NCBI GenBank assembly: GCA_963842525.1
Contig: CAWJGT010000009.1
Span: 1,440,001-1,504,000, forward strand
Length of the DNA: 64,000 nucleotides
Origin: an uncultured Holophagales bacterium
Lineage (GTDB): Bacteria > Acidobacteriota > Thermoanaerobaculia > Multivoradales > UBA5704
Reading direction: 5' to 3'
The notes beneath the pieces are model-generated. The model did not search any database. It had not been told where the DNA came from and was given only the letters and a program-made list of their open reading frames with translations. Below are positions 42,032 through 52,998 of the stretch, in pieces. The translations under genes were made by a program, and so were the position numbers. Position 1 is the first letter of the stretch. Each line of letters starts with the position of its first letter.

Positions 42032-42855
42032 AGGGCATCGTCTACCTGGTCGGCGCCGGGCCTGGCGATCCGGATCTGATGACGGTGCGCGGCATGGCCT
42101 GCCTGCGGCGGGCCGAGGTGGTGGTCTACGACCGGCTGGTGAGCCCCGAGCTGCTGGCCGAGGCGCCGGAGGATGCCGAGCTGGTCTATGCCGGCAAGGC
42201 ACCGGGGTGCCATTCCTGCCAGCAGGAGGAGATCAACGACCTCCTGGTACATCATGCGCGGCAGGGCAAGGTCGTGGTGCGCCTCAAGGGAGGCGATCCG
42301 TTCCTCTTCGGGCGCGGCGCCGAGGAAGTGCTCGCCTGCGCCGAGGCCGGTGTCCGCTGCGAGGTTGTTCCCGGCGTCACCAGCGCCACGAGCGTGCCCG
42401 CCCTCGCCGGCATCCCGGTGACGCACCGGGGGATCGCCGCGAGCGTCGCAGTGGTCACCGGGCACTGCAATGGCCTCGACCGGGTCGACTGGGAGGCCAT
42501 GGCGCGGGTCGACACCCTGGTCGTCCTGATGGGGCTATCCCGGCTCGCCGAAATCGCGGCTCTCCTCCAACGGCACGGCCGGGCATCGGACACCCCGGCA
42601 GCCGTGATCTCGCAGGGCAGCCTCCCCGGCGAACGGGTGGTTGTCTCCATCCTAGAGGACATCGCGGAGCGAACGGCCGAAGCCGGTCTCGCAGCGCCGG
42701 CCCTCCTGGTGGTCGGAGAGGTGGTGCGCCTGCGGGAAGATCTCGCGCCTCCGGCGCCGCGGTGGGCCCGCTGGGACCGGGTGGAGGGATATGGTGTGGG
42801 AGCGCCTCTTGCCTGGGGCGGGTGGGTGGATGTGGTGGAAGAGGGGTGGGGGTGA
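42028..42855 (+). CDS. cobA: Uroporphyrinogen-III C-methyltransferase
   Basis: [52 protein letters not shown]. Confidence 0.95.
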   Translation: MKGIVYLVGAGPGDPDLMTVRGMACLRRAEVVVYDRLVSPELLAEAPEDAELVYAGKAPGCHSCQQEEINDLLVHHARQGKVVVRLKGGDPFLFGRGAEEVLACAEAGVRCEVVPGVTSATSVPALAGIPVTHRGIAASVAVVTGHCNGLDRVDWEAMARVDTLVVLMGLSRLAEIAALLQRHGRASDTPAAVISQGSLPGERVVVSILEDIAERTAEAGLAAPALLVVGEVVRLREDLAPPAPRWARWDRVEGYGVGAPLAWGGWVDVVEEGWG

Positions 42856-42862
42856 GGCGCCC

Positions 42863-42981
42863 GCTCGCCCAGGGTTCACACCCTGGGCTACCCAGTTCCG
42901 CCCTCCGGGCTCTGGAAACCTCGGCTGTTGCGAGCCCGGAGGGCGACATTCGGTAGCCCAGGGTGTGAACCCTGGGCGAGC
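42863..42981. repeat. REP doublet (REPIN-like inverted repeat)
   Basis: GCTCGCCCAGGGTTCACACCCTGGGCTAC (42863) and its reverse complement (42953); inner arms CGCCCTCCGGGCTC/GAGCCCGGAGGGCG. Confidence 0.85.
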
Positions 42982-43002
42982 CCGGTCGATTACAATCAAG
43001 CC

Positions 43003-45699
43003 GTGTTGTCCTTCATGCTTTTCCTGCTCCAGGCCGTTCTCCTCGCCCAGTCACCGCAGTCTCCGCAGTCACCCCCTCCGCCCCCCGTCGCCTCCGAGGC
43101 GAGGCTCGCGGTCGAGGTCCTCGACCCCAAGGGAGTCCCGAAGACCGATCTGAAACCGGGGGACCTCTCGGTCTCCGAGGGCGGCGAGTCCCGGCGCGTG
43201 CTCGCTGTCGAGCCGATCGGCCAGGACCGTCCCTGGCGAGTCGTGGTCTACGTCGACCGCATGCTCTCCAGCACGCGGACCATGCGCGGCGCTGGCGGTG
43301 CTCTGGCCGCGCAGGCCCGCGAGCTGGTGGCCCTGGGACCGGTCGAGCTGGTCGTTGCCGAGCCGGAGCCGCGCGTCGTCCTCGGGGCGACACGGGATGC
43401 TGCGGCGGTCGACGAGGCGCTCTCGCGGCTCTTCCTGATGGGGGAGGGACGCGACGATCTCCGAGCCCTGCGGCAGAAATTCACGGAAGAGGCCGGGTCG
43501 CCGGCCCCGGACGATCTGCAGGAGCGGATCGGCGAGGCTGTCACCGAGGAGGTCCGGCTCGCCGGCCGGCAGCAGGACTTCCTGCTGGAATGGTTGGCAG
43601 AGGGGGCCGCGGAAGGTCCCCGGGTCCTCTTCCTGGTGAGCGACGGCTTCGAGCCGGCCCCGGCGGAGTTCTACCTCGGCCGCGTGGCGAACGATGGAGC
43701 CCGCGCCGAGCTGGCCCGGGCTCTCGAGGCCGAGACCCTCCAGGGCACCGCGGAGGAGACCGCGCGAGCCGCCGCAGAGCTGGGATGGACCGTCCTGCCG
43801 CTGCCGGTCGGCGACGAGAGGCTCCCCGAGCTCAACCGGTGGCGGCCGACTCCCAGCGAGCAGGTGCCGGTCCAGATCACCGTGACCCCGGGGCGGCGCA
43901 AGAAGCCGGACGAGCCGGAGAGACCCGCTCCGCCCGTCCTGCTGCGGGCCAAGGAGCCGCTCGCCTGGCTGGCGCAGGCGACGGGCGGCGAGGTCGTGAC
44001 CTCATCGCCCATGATCGCGCCCGCCGTGGCGCGGCTGCGCTCGCGCCTGTGGCTTCGTTACGAGAGCCCGGCTCCCGCGTCCGGCGCCCAGGTGGAGGTA
44101 CGGGCCGGAAACCGGGAGCTGTCGGTCCGGGCTCCCCGCTGGGCCGGGTCCGCGGCTCCGGAAGGGGTCTCGGCCATGCGCGCACGGCGGCTCCTGGAGG
44201 GGGAGGAGCTGGAGGGCGAGCTGAAAGTCGCCGCGGTCCTCCATGTCGAGGAACCCGCGGAAGGGACGCGAACGGCGCGGCTGGAGCTGCGGCTGGCGGA
44301 GCCGTCTGCGGCTCCGGGTCCGCTGCGACTCACCCTGGCGATGCCGGCGGGGGAGTCCCGGGCCACGATCGTGCACCGCGAGCTTCCGGCCGCGGAGCGC
44401 TCCGAGGACGGGGCCTGGCGGATCGACCTTCCTCTCCCCGCGGACACCGAGCGGCTCGCTCTGCTGGTCGACGACACGGGACGGCACCTCTGGGGCGGCG
44501 AGGTCCTGGACGTGCGCCCGGAGGACGAGGCCGCCGGCGAGGACGAGATCGCGGGCGAGCACGGCGAAGCCGTCTTGCGGCCCGAGCCCCGGCGCTGGAC
44601 CGGCCGCGGGGTGCGGATCGTCCGTCCGGAAGGAGGACGGGCCGTGGGGCCGGTCGACGTCGAGGTGGAGGTGCGCCTCCCGCCGGACCGCCGTCTCGAA
44701 CGGCTGGAGATCTTCTGGAACGAGGAGCTGGCCGCGACCCTCTACGGTCCGCCGTTCCGCGAGCGGGTCACGATCCCGCCGAGCCGGCAGGTGGGCTATC
44801 TGCGGGCCGCGGCGCGGCTGGACGACGGCTCCACGGCCGAGGACGCCGTTCTCCTCAACGCCTCGGTCATGGGCGAGCGGCTGGAGGTGCGGCTCGTAGA
44901 GCTCTACGTCGTGGTGACGGACCGCGACGGCCGGCCGGTAACCGGGCTGTCGCGCAACGACTTCCGCCTCCTCCAGGACGGCCGCGAGCAGGAGATCTCG
45001 GGCTTCGACGACGCCGGGGAGTCGCCGCTGCTCCTCGGGCTCGCCTTCGACTCGTCGGCGAGCATGTTCCTCAAGCTGCCGGACGTGCAGAAGGCGGCTC
45101 GCGGGCTGCTGGCGGGCAGCCTGTCGCGCAAGGACCGCGCCCTGCTGGTGGACTTCGACACCGAGCCGCGGCTGGTGGTCGGGGCGACCGGGAACCTCTC
45201 CCAGGTCTCGGCCGGGCTGCGGGCGCTCCACGCGGACGGCGGCTCCAACCTCTTCGAGGCCGTCCTCTTCTCGCTGGAGCAGCTCGGCCGGCTCTCCGGG
45301 CGGCGCGCCCTGATCGTCTACTCGGACGGCATCGGCGAGGGGGAGAAGGGGTACCGGAGCTGCCTGCGGGCGGCTCGCAAGAGCGGCCTCCCGGTCTATC
45401 TCATCGTCACGAACACAAGGGCTGCGCGCAATGCCGGCGGCGGGCTGCTGGCCGATTTCGATTCCTATGCCGCGAAGCTGGAGCGCCTCGCCGCAGCCTC
45501 GGGAGGCCGGGCCTATTTCGTCCAGCCCAGCCAGGACCTCGGAGGGGTCTACCAGGAGATCCTCCGCGAGCTGCGCAGCCAGTACCTCCTGACCTACTAC
45601 CCCCGCGACGCCTCGCCAGAGGTCTGGAGGAAGGTGGGCGTCGAGCTCAAGAAGCGCGGCCTGCGGGCGCGGACCGTCAGCGGGTACTACGGGAAGTAG
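43003..45699 (+). CDS. Acidobacterial VWFA-domain secreted protein (two VWA-like domains with an Ig-like linker)
   Basis: Signal peptide; VELYVVVTDRDGRPVTGL, LAFDSSASM, ALIVYSDG, ELRSQYLLTYYP; TACAAT ends 6 nt upstream of GTG. Confidence 0.85.
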   Translation: MLSFMLFLLQAVLLAQSPQSPQSPPPPPVASEARLAVEVLDPKGVPKTDLKPGDLSVSEGGESRRVLAVEPIGQDRPWRVVVYVDRMLSSTRTMRGAGGALAAQARELVALGPVELVVAEPEPRVVLGATRDAAAVDEALSRLFLMGEGRDDLRALRQKFTEEAGSPAPDDLQERIGEAVTEEVRLAGRQQDFLLEWLAEGAAEGPRVLFLVSDGFEPAPAEFYLGRVANDGARAELARALEAETLQGTAEETARAAAELGWTVLPLPVGDERLPELNRWRPTPSEQVPVQITVTPGRRKKPDEPERPAPPVLLRAKEPLAWLAQATGGEVVTSSPMIAPAVARLRSRLWLRYESPAPASGAQVEVRAGNRELSVRAPRWAGSAAPEGVSAMRARRLLEGEELEGELKVAAVLHVEEPAEGTRTARLELRLAEPSAAPGPLRLTLAMPAGESRATIVHRELPAAERSEDGAWRIDLPLPADTERLALLVDDTGRHLWGGEVLDVRPEDEAAGEDEIAGEHGEAVLRPEPRRWTGRGVRIVRPEGGRAVGPVDVEVEVRLPPDRRLERLEIFWNEELAATLYGPPFRERVTIPPSRQVGYLRAAARLDDGSTAEDAVLLNASVMGERLEVRLVELYVVVTDRDGRPVTGLSRNDFRLLQDGREQEISGFDDAGESPLLLGLAFDSSASMFLKLPDVQKAARGLLAGSLSRKDRALLVDFDTEPRLVVGATGNLSQVSAGLRALHADGGSNLFEAVLFSLEQLGRLSGRRALIVYSDGIGEGEKGYRSCLRAARKSGLPVYLIVTNTRAARNAGGGLLADFDSYAAKLERLAAASGGRAYFVQPSQDLGGVYQEILRELRSQYLLTYYPRDASPEVWRKVGVELKKRGLRARTVSGYYGK

Positions 45700-46010
45700 G
45701 CCTCACCAACTGGAGCAGCGCGTGATCGGGACCGCGGTCCGCGTGACGGGGACCACGAGGCGCGGACTGCGGACCCCGGTCCCTGTGACCGGACTCGCCG
45801 ATCCGGACCGAGCTTCGCGGTCCGCGCTGCTGGCATCACGATGCCTGTCACAGCGATCCTGGTCCGCGTCACAGGCACCGGGCTCCGGGTCACGCCCTTC
45901 GCGGTGCCCGCAACACGGACCGCGAGATCCAGACGCGCTTCGCGGTCCCAGCGACAGGGAGCACGGAGCCGGTGACAGGGGCCGCGATGCCCGGGTCCCC
46001 CTGTGATCAG
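45700..46010. repeat. Degenerate ~21-bp periodic intergenic repeat
   Basis: Recurring GTGAC/GGACC/GCGGTCC words at about 21-bp spacing. Confidence 0.55.
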
Positions 46011-46208
46011 CCGGATCGGGAATAAACGATCCTGCCAAGGGCTTCCCCTCACGCTTAATTTTCTTTTTTCAAATTGGCGGGTTTCCGAGAGATTTCGCGT
46101 ATGGCGTCGTTGAGGAGGACGGATGCCGGCGGTGGGCCGGTTTCCCGTGCTCCGGGACCTTGAACCAGAGTGGCGCCGGTTGGTCCGGCGCCTGGAGGTA
46201 CCGACGTC

Positions 46209-49013
46209 ATGTTGTTCAGAAAGTCTTTTGTCATCCTGATCCCGATTCTCTCCTTCTTCATACTGACCGGGCGGGCGGCGGCTGTTGCGCCGTCCACCCA
46301 GAGTGCTGATCTTGTCGCGTGGACCACTACGACCGTGGCGAACCTGCCCGGCGAGAATTCCAACGGCTTCGACGACCCGACCACCCAGGAGATCTCCGAC
46401 TTCCAGGACGCCGTCGAGGCTCTCCTCGACGAGGACTGGTCCAATGCCAACGACCTGGCGGCCGTGGTGGGCTACGAGGTGGTTGCATTCACCGATACCG
46501 GCAATGGCAATGAGGTCCTCTATGGCCTCTTCCCCAACAGCACCAACGACGACGGCCGGGGCTACTTCGTCGTGCGTCCCAACAGCCAGGTCCTGCGCCA
46601 TCTGGTTCTCCAGGCGCCTCATCCGATCAACGACCAGCGCTCGGCCGTGCTGGCCAGCGAGATCTTTCGCGCCAGCGGCGCCCGCGCATTCTTCTTCGCC
46701 GGTGCCCACCGTTGCGCCAACCTGGGCACGCCCAGCGGCTGCCCGGGCACGAGCGACGCCTGCGACGGGGTGACAACCTATCGCATTTCCGACATGGCCC
46801 ACTCCGTGGTCACCTTCTTCGAGGCGTTCAACGAGCTGGTCAGCCAGGAGGACGACGACACCGTTTCCCTCCAGCTTCACGGCTTCAGCGCCGACGAGAC
46901 GGGCGACCCCGAGTTCTCCATCAGCGACGGCACCACAACCGACACATCCTCTCCGTTCTCTCTTTCGAACGCCTTCGCCGCCGAGCTCGAAGACCGGATG
47001 GAGGCTGCCGTGGGCGGCACTCCCGCGCGGCCCGGCAACTCCTGCAACCGCTCGGGGGATGATAATTTCAAGTGCGGCACCAACAGCATCCAGGGCCGGT
47101 TCATCAACGGCTCGACCAATCTGTGCAACAACGACGCTCCGTCGGCGAGCACGGATCAGCGCTTTCTCCATCTGGAGATGAGCTCCGACCTGCGTCACCC
47201 GGGCGGCGTCTATTCCCAGATGCTCCTCGTCGAGACGGTCAACGCCGTCATCCCTGTCCAGGCCGAGATCGGCGACCGGGTGTGGGCCGACCTCGACCAG
47301 GACGGCCTCCAGGACGCCGGGGAGCCCGGTGTGGACGGGGTGACCGTGGAGCTCTACGACGACAGCAACAACCTCCTTGCTTCCCGTACGACCAGCGTCG
47401 GCAGCTACCTCTTCAGCAACCTGGACGAGGGCGACTACCGGGTGAAGGTCGTAACGCCCTCGGGCTACAGCATCACAACCCAGAACGCCGGGGGCGACGA
47501 TGCCGCGGACAGCGACATCGCCACCTCGGACGGCCGCACGGCCTCGCTCAGCTTGGACCAGGGCGAGAGCCGCCTCGACGTGGACGCCGGACTGGTCCCG
47601 CCGGGAGTGGGGCAGATCGGTGACCTGGTCTGGGAGGATGAGAACGAGAACGGCCTGCAGGATGGGGGCGAGCCCGGCATCGGCGGCGTCACCCTCCGCC
47701 TGCTGACGGCGAGCAGTGTCGAGGTGGCGTCCACCACCACCGCCAGCAACGGCTCCTGCTCCTTCACCAACGTCCTGCCAGGCAGCTACAAGCTGCGGCT
47801 GGAGGCTCCGGGCTGGAACGCTACGGAGCAGGTCGGGGGCTTCCCGAATCTCGACAGCGACATCGTGCCGCTGACCGGCGAGACGGCCGCCTTCAGCGTG
47901 ACCGCCAGCTCCACGGACTCGTCGCGGGACGTCGGCCTCGTGGCCCAGTGCCTCGACGTTTCCCTGGTTCCTTTCAATTCCGTCTGGAGGTTCCTCGGCA
48001 CTGGAGACACCTGGACCAGCCAGTGGAACCAGGCGAGCTTCAACGACACGGGCTGGGACACCGGCTTCGGGCCTTTCGGCTATGGCACCAGCTCCGTCTA
48101 CACCACGGTCCCCCAACCTGTCTCGCCGAGCGTCACGATGTACTTCCGCCTGGCCTTCCAGGTGGACGACCCGACCCTCTTCGAGGGGCTGGCCCTGGAG
48201 CTCGTCCGGGACGACGGTGCGGTGGTCTACCTGAACGGCACCGAGGTGTACCGCAACAACATGCCGGCGGGCGCCGTCACCAACAGCACCAAGGCCAGCG
48301 GCAGCTCCAGCGCCACGGTGACAGCCACGATCGCGGCCACCCATCTGGTCAGCGGCACCAACATCCTGGCCGTGGAGGTCCACGACCGCGGCAACGACTC
48401 GTCGCCGGACGGCAAATTCGAGCTGCGGCTCCGGGCCACCGTGTGCAACCCCTGCCGGGTGCGCCAGGTGGACCTCACCCAGGCGAGGGTTGCCGACATC
48501 CGCCAGGCGGACCCGGACGATCAGCACGGGGCACGCAGCACCTTCTGGATCGACGGCGACAACGGGGCGGTGCGCAACGCCCTCCTGGCCTGGCAGCTCG
48601 GGGCCATCCCGGCCAACGCCGAGGTGCTCCATGCGGAGATCCGCGTCCAGGTGGACGATGACAGCTCGGCCTATGTGCCGCTGTACCAGGTGACCCGGGA
48701 GTGGGTGGAGTACGAAGCGACCTGGAACCGGGCCTCGGACGACGAGGCGTGGGGCGCGGCTGGCACCGGCACTTCCGACCGCGGCAGCGACATCATGGGG
48801 CTCCTCCTCCTGCAGTCGACCGGCGCGGGCTCGATCGTCCTGAACCCCGCCGGCCGCGAGCTGATCGAGGACTGGCGGACCGGGACCGTCGACAACAACG
48901 GCTTGGTCGCCACCCGGCCGGGCCAGACCAACGGCCTGGAGATGGAGTCCAATGAAGGCGTCAACCCGCCGGTGCTGCGGGTGATCTACGCGACGCCCTC
49001 CTGCCAGCAGTAG
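46209..49013 (+). CDS. Secreted multidomain surface protein (novel N-domain, two SdrD B-like domains, jelly-roll and DNRLRE-like domains)
   Basis: Signal peptide; IGDRVWADLDQDGLQDAGEPGV and IGDLVWEDENENGLQDGGEPGI; RDDGAVVYLNGTEV; WVEYEATWN. Confidence 0.85.
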   Translation: MLFRKSFVILIPILSFFILTGRAAAVAPSTQSADLVAWTTTTVANLPGENSNGFDDPTTQEISDFQDAVEALLDEDWSNANDLAAVVGYEVVAFTDTGNGNEVLYGLFPNSTNDDGRGYFVVRPNSQVLRHLVLQAPHPINDQRSAVLASEIFRASGARAFFFAGAHRCANLGTPSGCPGTSDACDGVTTYRISDMAHSVVTFFEAFNELVSQEDDDTVSLQLHGFSADETGDPEFSISDGTTTDTSSPFSLSNAFAAELEDRMEAAVGGTPARPGNSCNRSGDDNFKCGTNSIQGRFINGSTNLCNNDAPSASTDQRFLHLEMSSDLRHPGGVYSQMLLVETVNAVIPVQAEIGDRVWADLDQDGLQDAGEPGVDGVTVELYDDSNNLLASRTTSVGSYLFSNLDEGDYRVKVVTPSGYSITTQNAGGDDAADSDIATSDGRTASLSLDQGESRLDVDAGLVPPGVGQIGDLVWEDENENGLQDGGEPGIGGVTLRLLTASSVEVASTTTASNGSCSFTNVLPGSYKLRLEAPGWNATEQVGGFPNLDSDIVPLTGETAAFSVTASSTDSSRDVGLVAQCLDVSLVPFNSVWRFLGTGDTWTSQWNQASFNDTGWDTGFGPFGYGTSSVYTTVPQPVSPSVTMYFRLAFQVDDPTLFEGLALELVRDDGAVVYLNGTEVYRNNMPAGAVTNSTKASGSSSATVTATIAATHLVSGTNILAVEVHDRGNDSSPDGKFELRLRATVCNPCRVRQVDLTQARVADIRQADPDDQHGARSTFWIDGDNGAVRNALLAWQLGAIPANAEVLHAEIRVQVDDDSSAYVPLYQVTREWVEYEATWNRASDDEAWGAAGTGTSDRGSDIMGLLLLQSTGAGSIVLNPAGRELIEDWRTGTVDNNGLVATRPGQTNGLEMESNEGVNPPVLRVIYATPSCQQ

Positions 49014-49027
49014 GGCAGGTCGGGCCT

Positions 49028-49075
49028 GCGAGGCGGTCCGGAGGGAAGCTCCCTGCGGACCGCCTCGCCCCTTTT
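49028..49075 (+). terminator. Intrinsic terminator between convergent genes
   Basis: GCGAGGCGGTCC...GGACCGCCTCGC hairpin followed by CCCTTTT. Confidence 0.6.
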
Positions 49076-50687
49076 CACGAATGAACAGCCGGCAGCCGAA
49101 CTTCCAGCCTCGCTCCGCCTCCGGCCCGCTCGCCGGCCGTCACCACGCCGCCATAGCCTTCGGCAATCGCCTTGACAATGGCGAGGCCCAACCCCATGTG
49201 GCCGTTGCGCACCTGACGCCCTCCTGGGCCGGGGCGCCAACTGAAGAAGCGGTCGAAGATGCGCTCGCGGTGCTCCGGCGGGATGCCGGGGCCTTCGTCC
49301 TCGACCGTCACGACCGCGAGGTCCGCATCGGCGGGTTGAAGGGCGACCGTCACCCGTCCACCCGGCGGTGAGAAATCGATCGCATTGTTCAAAAGGTTTT
49401 CGAAGACCTGGGTGAGCCGCTCGGGCGAGGCGGTCACGCGGATCGGATGGGCGGGGGCCTGCAGCTCGATCCGGACCCGATCGCCGGTGCGCAGCCGGAC
49501 GCTGTCGATCACCCGCGGCAGGAGGTCGCGCAGGTCCACCGGGACCACCCCCTCGGACTCGATCGCGGCATCGATCTCCGTAACCTCGCGAACGCCTGAG
49601 AGGAGCCGCTCCATGCGCGCCACCTCGCGCTGGACGATCTCCAGGAAGCGGCGGCGGTCCGCGGGGTCTTCGACCTCGGCGAGCATCTCGGTCGCGCTCC
49701 GCACCGAGGCGAGAGGGTTCTTGAGCTCGTGCGAGAGGTCGGAGGCGAACGACTCGATGAAGCGCAGATGCCCCTGGAGCCGCGCCGTGAGCTGCTCCAG
49801 GGCCCGCGACAGATCACCGATCTCGTCGAGCTTCGCCGAGCCTCGGAACCGGCCCTTCAGCCGGCCGCGGCGGTCGAGCAGGGCGTTGGCCTCGTCGCGC
49901 AGCCGGTGCAGCGGCCGGGCGATGGTTGCCGAGACGAGCAGGCTGAGGATGGAGGCCACGGCGACCGAGGCCACGACCACGCGGAAGATGTCGAGGCGTA
50001 CCTCGTGGAGCGCCCGCAGGATGCGCACGGTCGACTGCGAGACCAGGACCGCGCCCACGACCTGGCCGCCGTTGCGGACCGGGATCGCGCTGTAGAGGGT
50101 CATCGACTGCTCGCCGCTGCCGGTGACGCGGGTGGTGGCGCCGTACCGGCCGGCCAGGGCCGCTCGCACCTCCGGACGGCCGCCGAGGCCCGCCCCTCCG
50201 GGCTCGTCGGGGACCGGCTCGTCTGATCTTACGGAGATGGTTTCGTCGGTGAAGAAACCGAACTTCCGGGCGGTCCGGTAGAGCCACGCCCCCACCCGAT
50301 AGAGCGGGTTCTCGCGGGCCTCGGGGAGAGCGCTCCGGACGCGGTCGTAGGAACTGGAACGGGACACATCCGGCGGCAGGACGGGCCGCGGCGGGACCTG
50401 GCGCGCCGAGTCGGCGAGCACGGCACCGCGGCGGTCGACGATCCGCAGCCGCGACTCCGACCGTCCTTCGAGCCGGCGCAGGAGGTCCTTGGCCGCGCCG
50501 GCTTCGAGCTCGCCCTGTTCGCCCAGGGCCGCGGCCGCGAGCCGGCCCTGCTGCACCATGGCCCGCTCCTGCGCTTCCAGGAGCTCCCCTCATAGACCTC
50601 CAGATAGAGGAAGGCGGCAGCCGGCAGGAAGACCAGCAGCACGTTGAAGAGGAGCAGCCGGATCGAGATGCGGGCGAGGAAGCGCAT
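49075..50687 (-). CDS. Sensor histidine kinase (CreC/ChvG-like), frameshift near 50590
   Basis: N-terminal TM in one frame, remainder with HAMP, DLSHELKNPL, NLLNNA, DEGPGI, GLGLAIV; one G missing from a G run. Confidence 0.9.
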
Positions 50688-50692
50688 GGCCG

Positions 50693-51406
50693 TCAGTCCC
50701 GCCGGTAGCGGTAGCCGAGGCCGTAGACGGTCTCGATCCCCGAGAAGCCGGGATCGGTCTCCGCGAGCTTCTTGCGCAGCCGCTTGATGTGGCTGTCGAT
50801 CGTGCGGTCGCTGACGTAGGCGTCGTTGGGGTAGCCCTCCTCCAGGAGCTGGGCGCGGGTCTTGACGTGGCCGGGGTGGCGGACCAGGGCATGGAGGAGG
50901 GTGAATTCGGTCACGGTCAACGGCACGGCGGCCCCTTTCCACGAGGCCTGGTAGCGCCGGAGGTCGAGGCGCAGGCTGCCGGCTTCCAGGATCTGCTCGT
51001 CCTCGCCGCCCGCGGGCTCCCGGAGCAGGGCAGCGCGGCGCAGCAGCACCTTGACCCGGGCGGCCAGCTCGCGCATCGAGAACGGCTTGCAGAGGTAGTC
51101 GTCGGCCCCCAGCTCCAGGCCCAGGACGCGGTCGAGCTCCTCGTCGCGCGAGGTGAGGAAGAGGATCGGCAGCCGCTCGGACAGGGCGCGCAGCCGCCGG
51201 CAGAGCTCCAGACCGTCCATCCGCGGCATCAGGATGTCGAGGATCACCAGGTCGGGGAGCACCCGCTCGAAGCTCCGCCAGGCCTCGAGGCCGTCGGCGA
51301 ACAGCTCGACGCGATAGCCGTCGCGGCGCAGGGCGAAGCCGACGGTCTCCCGCAGGCTCTCCTCGTCGTCCACGAGCGCCACCCGGGCGCCGGAAGAGGT
51401 CGTCAT
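50693..51406 (-). CDS. OmpR-family response regulator (CreB/ChvI-like)
   Basis: LVDDEE, LDILMPRMDG, GADDYLCKPF, DRTIDSHIKRLRKK, ETVYGLGY. Confidence 0.93.
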   Translation of the reverse strand: MTTSSGARVALVDDEESLRETVGFALRRDGYRVELFADGLEAWRSFERVLPDLVILDILMPRMDGLELCRRLRALSERLPILFLTSRDEELDRVLGLELGADDYLCKPFSMRELAARVKVLLRRAALLREPAGGEDEQILEAGSLRLDLRRYQASWKGAAVPLTVTEFTLLHALVRHPGHVKTRAQLLEEGYPNDAYVSDRTIDSHIKRLRKKLAETDPGFSGIETVYGLGYRYRRD

Positions 51407-51445
51407 GCCCGCAATGTAACGCAAATCCGCGCGGCCGGTGGGAAT

Positions 51446-51461
51446 GCCACGATCTCGCCAC
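51446..51461. promoter_or_regulatory. Putative OmpR-type direct repeat GCCAC-N6-GCCAC upstream of creD
   Basis: 11-bp-period repeat in the divergent intergenic region, same geometry as the cre tag. Confidence 0.4.
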
Positions 51462-51543
51462 AATCCCGTGCCGCTTTGCCCCGCATCCGCCCTCTTCGCG
51501 TCCGGCCCGCGGCGTCTACTGGTGCCCGAAGGAGAGAACTACG

Positions 51544-52932
51544 ATGAAGCCGGCAATCGCCGAGAGGCGCCCCCTGAGGAATTCCGTGGTCCTGAAGATG
51601 GTGGTGGTGGGAGTGCTGGTCCTCCTGCTCCTGATCCCCCTTGCCATGGTGCGGGGCCTGATCTCCGAGCGCCAGGCGAGGCGCGAGCAGGTCGCCACCG
51701 AGATCGCGTCGATCTGGGGACAAGCCCAGACCCTCGGCGGGCCTGTCCTGATCGTGCCCTTCCGAGCCCGCCGCACGGACGAGAACGGAAAGAGCGTCAT
51801 CTACAGGGAGCTCGCCTACTTCCTTCCTGAGACGCTGAAGATCGATGGAGAGATCCGGCCTGAGCGCCGGCGCCGGGGGATCTTCGAGGTCGCTGTCTAC
51901 CAGTCGGACCTGCGGGGCACGGCAACCTTCCGGCGCCCGAGCTTCGCCTCGTGGTACGTCTCCGACGGGGAGGTCCTGTGGGATGAAGCGGCCCTGGCCA
52001 TCGGCGTGCCGGACCTGCGGGGTATCCGTAGCGCCGTGCAAATCGCCTGGGCGGGACGGACCCTGCCTCTCACACCCGGGGGAGCGGTCGATGGCCTCTG
52101 GGCGACCGGGCTGAGGACTCCAATCCCCGAGCTGGAGGTGGGGAAGGCGGGAGACATCTACCACCTCGCTTTCGATCTGGCGATCAACGGCAGCAGCGAG
52201 CTGAAGATCCTTCCCTTCGGCCAGCAGACCACGGCGACCCTGCGCTCGAGCTGGCCCGACCCGAGCTTCATCGGAGCCTTCCTACCCAAGTCCCGCGAGG
52301 TCGCGGCGAACGGCTTCGAGGCAGCTTGGAGCGTCCCCTACTTCGGTCGGGGGTACCCGTCGCAGTGGCGGGAGAGCGAGCGGCAGGAGGCGATCAGTGG
52401 CAACGCGGTCGCCGAGTCCGCCTTCGGCGTCGGCCTCTTCCTGCCGGTCGACGCCTACCAGAAGACCGAGCGGTCGGTGAAGTATGGAGCCCTTTTCCTG
52501 CTGCTGACCCTCCTGACCTTCTTCCTCTATGAGGTCTTCAATCCCTTCTCGCTGCATCCGATGCAGTACCTGCTGGTGGGGGCGGCGCTCTGCCTCTTCT
52601 ACCTGCTGCTCCTCTCGATTTCGGAGCATGTGGCCTTCGGCCTCTCGTACGCGATCGCCTCGGCCGCCACCATCGGCCTGATCGCCGGCTACTCGGCGGC
52701 GATCCTGCACGGGCGCCTGCGGGCCCTGGGTACGGCCGGAGCCCTGGCCGCGCTCTACGGCTATCTCTATGTCCTGCTCCAGGCCGAGGACTATGCCCTC
52801 CTGCTCGGCACGCTGGGCCTCTTCGCGATCCTCGCGCTGGTCATGTACGCCACGCGCCGCATCGACTGGTACGCCCCGCGGCCGGGAGCCCGGGAGGGTG
52901 GGGGAGAGGCGGTGCTGTCGCCGGAGGGGTGA
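51544..52932 (+). CDS. creD: Inner membrane protein CreD
   Basis: LLLIPL..LISERQ, WGQAQTLGGP, WPDPSFIGAFLP, YQKTERSVKYG, LHPMQYLLVG, LLLSISEH, EDYALL, TRRIDWY. Confidence 0.95.
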   Translation: MKPAIAERRPLRNSVVLKMVVVGVLVLLLLIPLAMVRGLISERQARREQVATEIASIWGQAQTLGGPVLIVPFRARRTDENGKSVIYRELAYFLPETLKIDGEIRPERRRRGIFEVAVYQSDLRGTATFRRPSFASWYVSDGEVLWDEAALAIGVPDLRGIRSAVQIAWAGRTLPLTPGGAVDGLWATGLRTPIPELEVGKAGDIYHLAFDLAINGSSELKILPFGQQTTATLRSSWPDPSFIGAFLPKSREVAANGFEAAWSVPYFGRGYPSQWRESERQEAISGNAVAESAFGVGLFLPVDAYQKTERSVKYGALFLLLTLLTFFLYEVFNPFSLHPMQYLLVGAALCLFYLLLLSISEHVAFGLSYAIASAATIGLIAGYSAAILHGRLRALGTAGALAALYGYLYVLLQAEDYALLLGTLGLFAILALVMYATRRIDWYAPRPGAREGGGEAVLSPEG

Positions 52933-52998
52933 GCGGAAGGATCGGGTGGCGGGGCGGCGCTCCGTAGCGCCACCCCTGAATCGAAACCGGCGAGCCTA

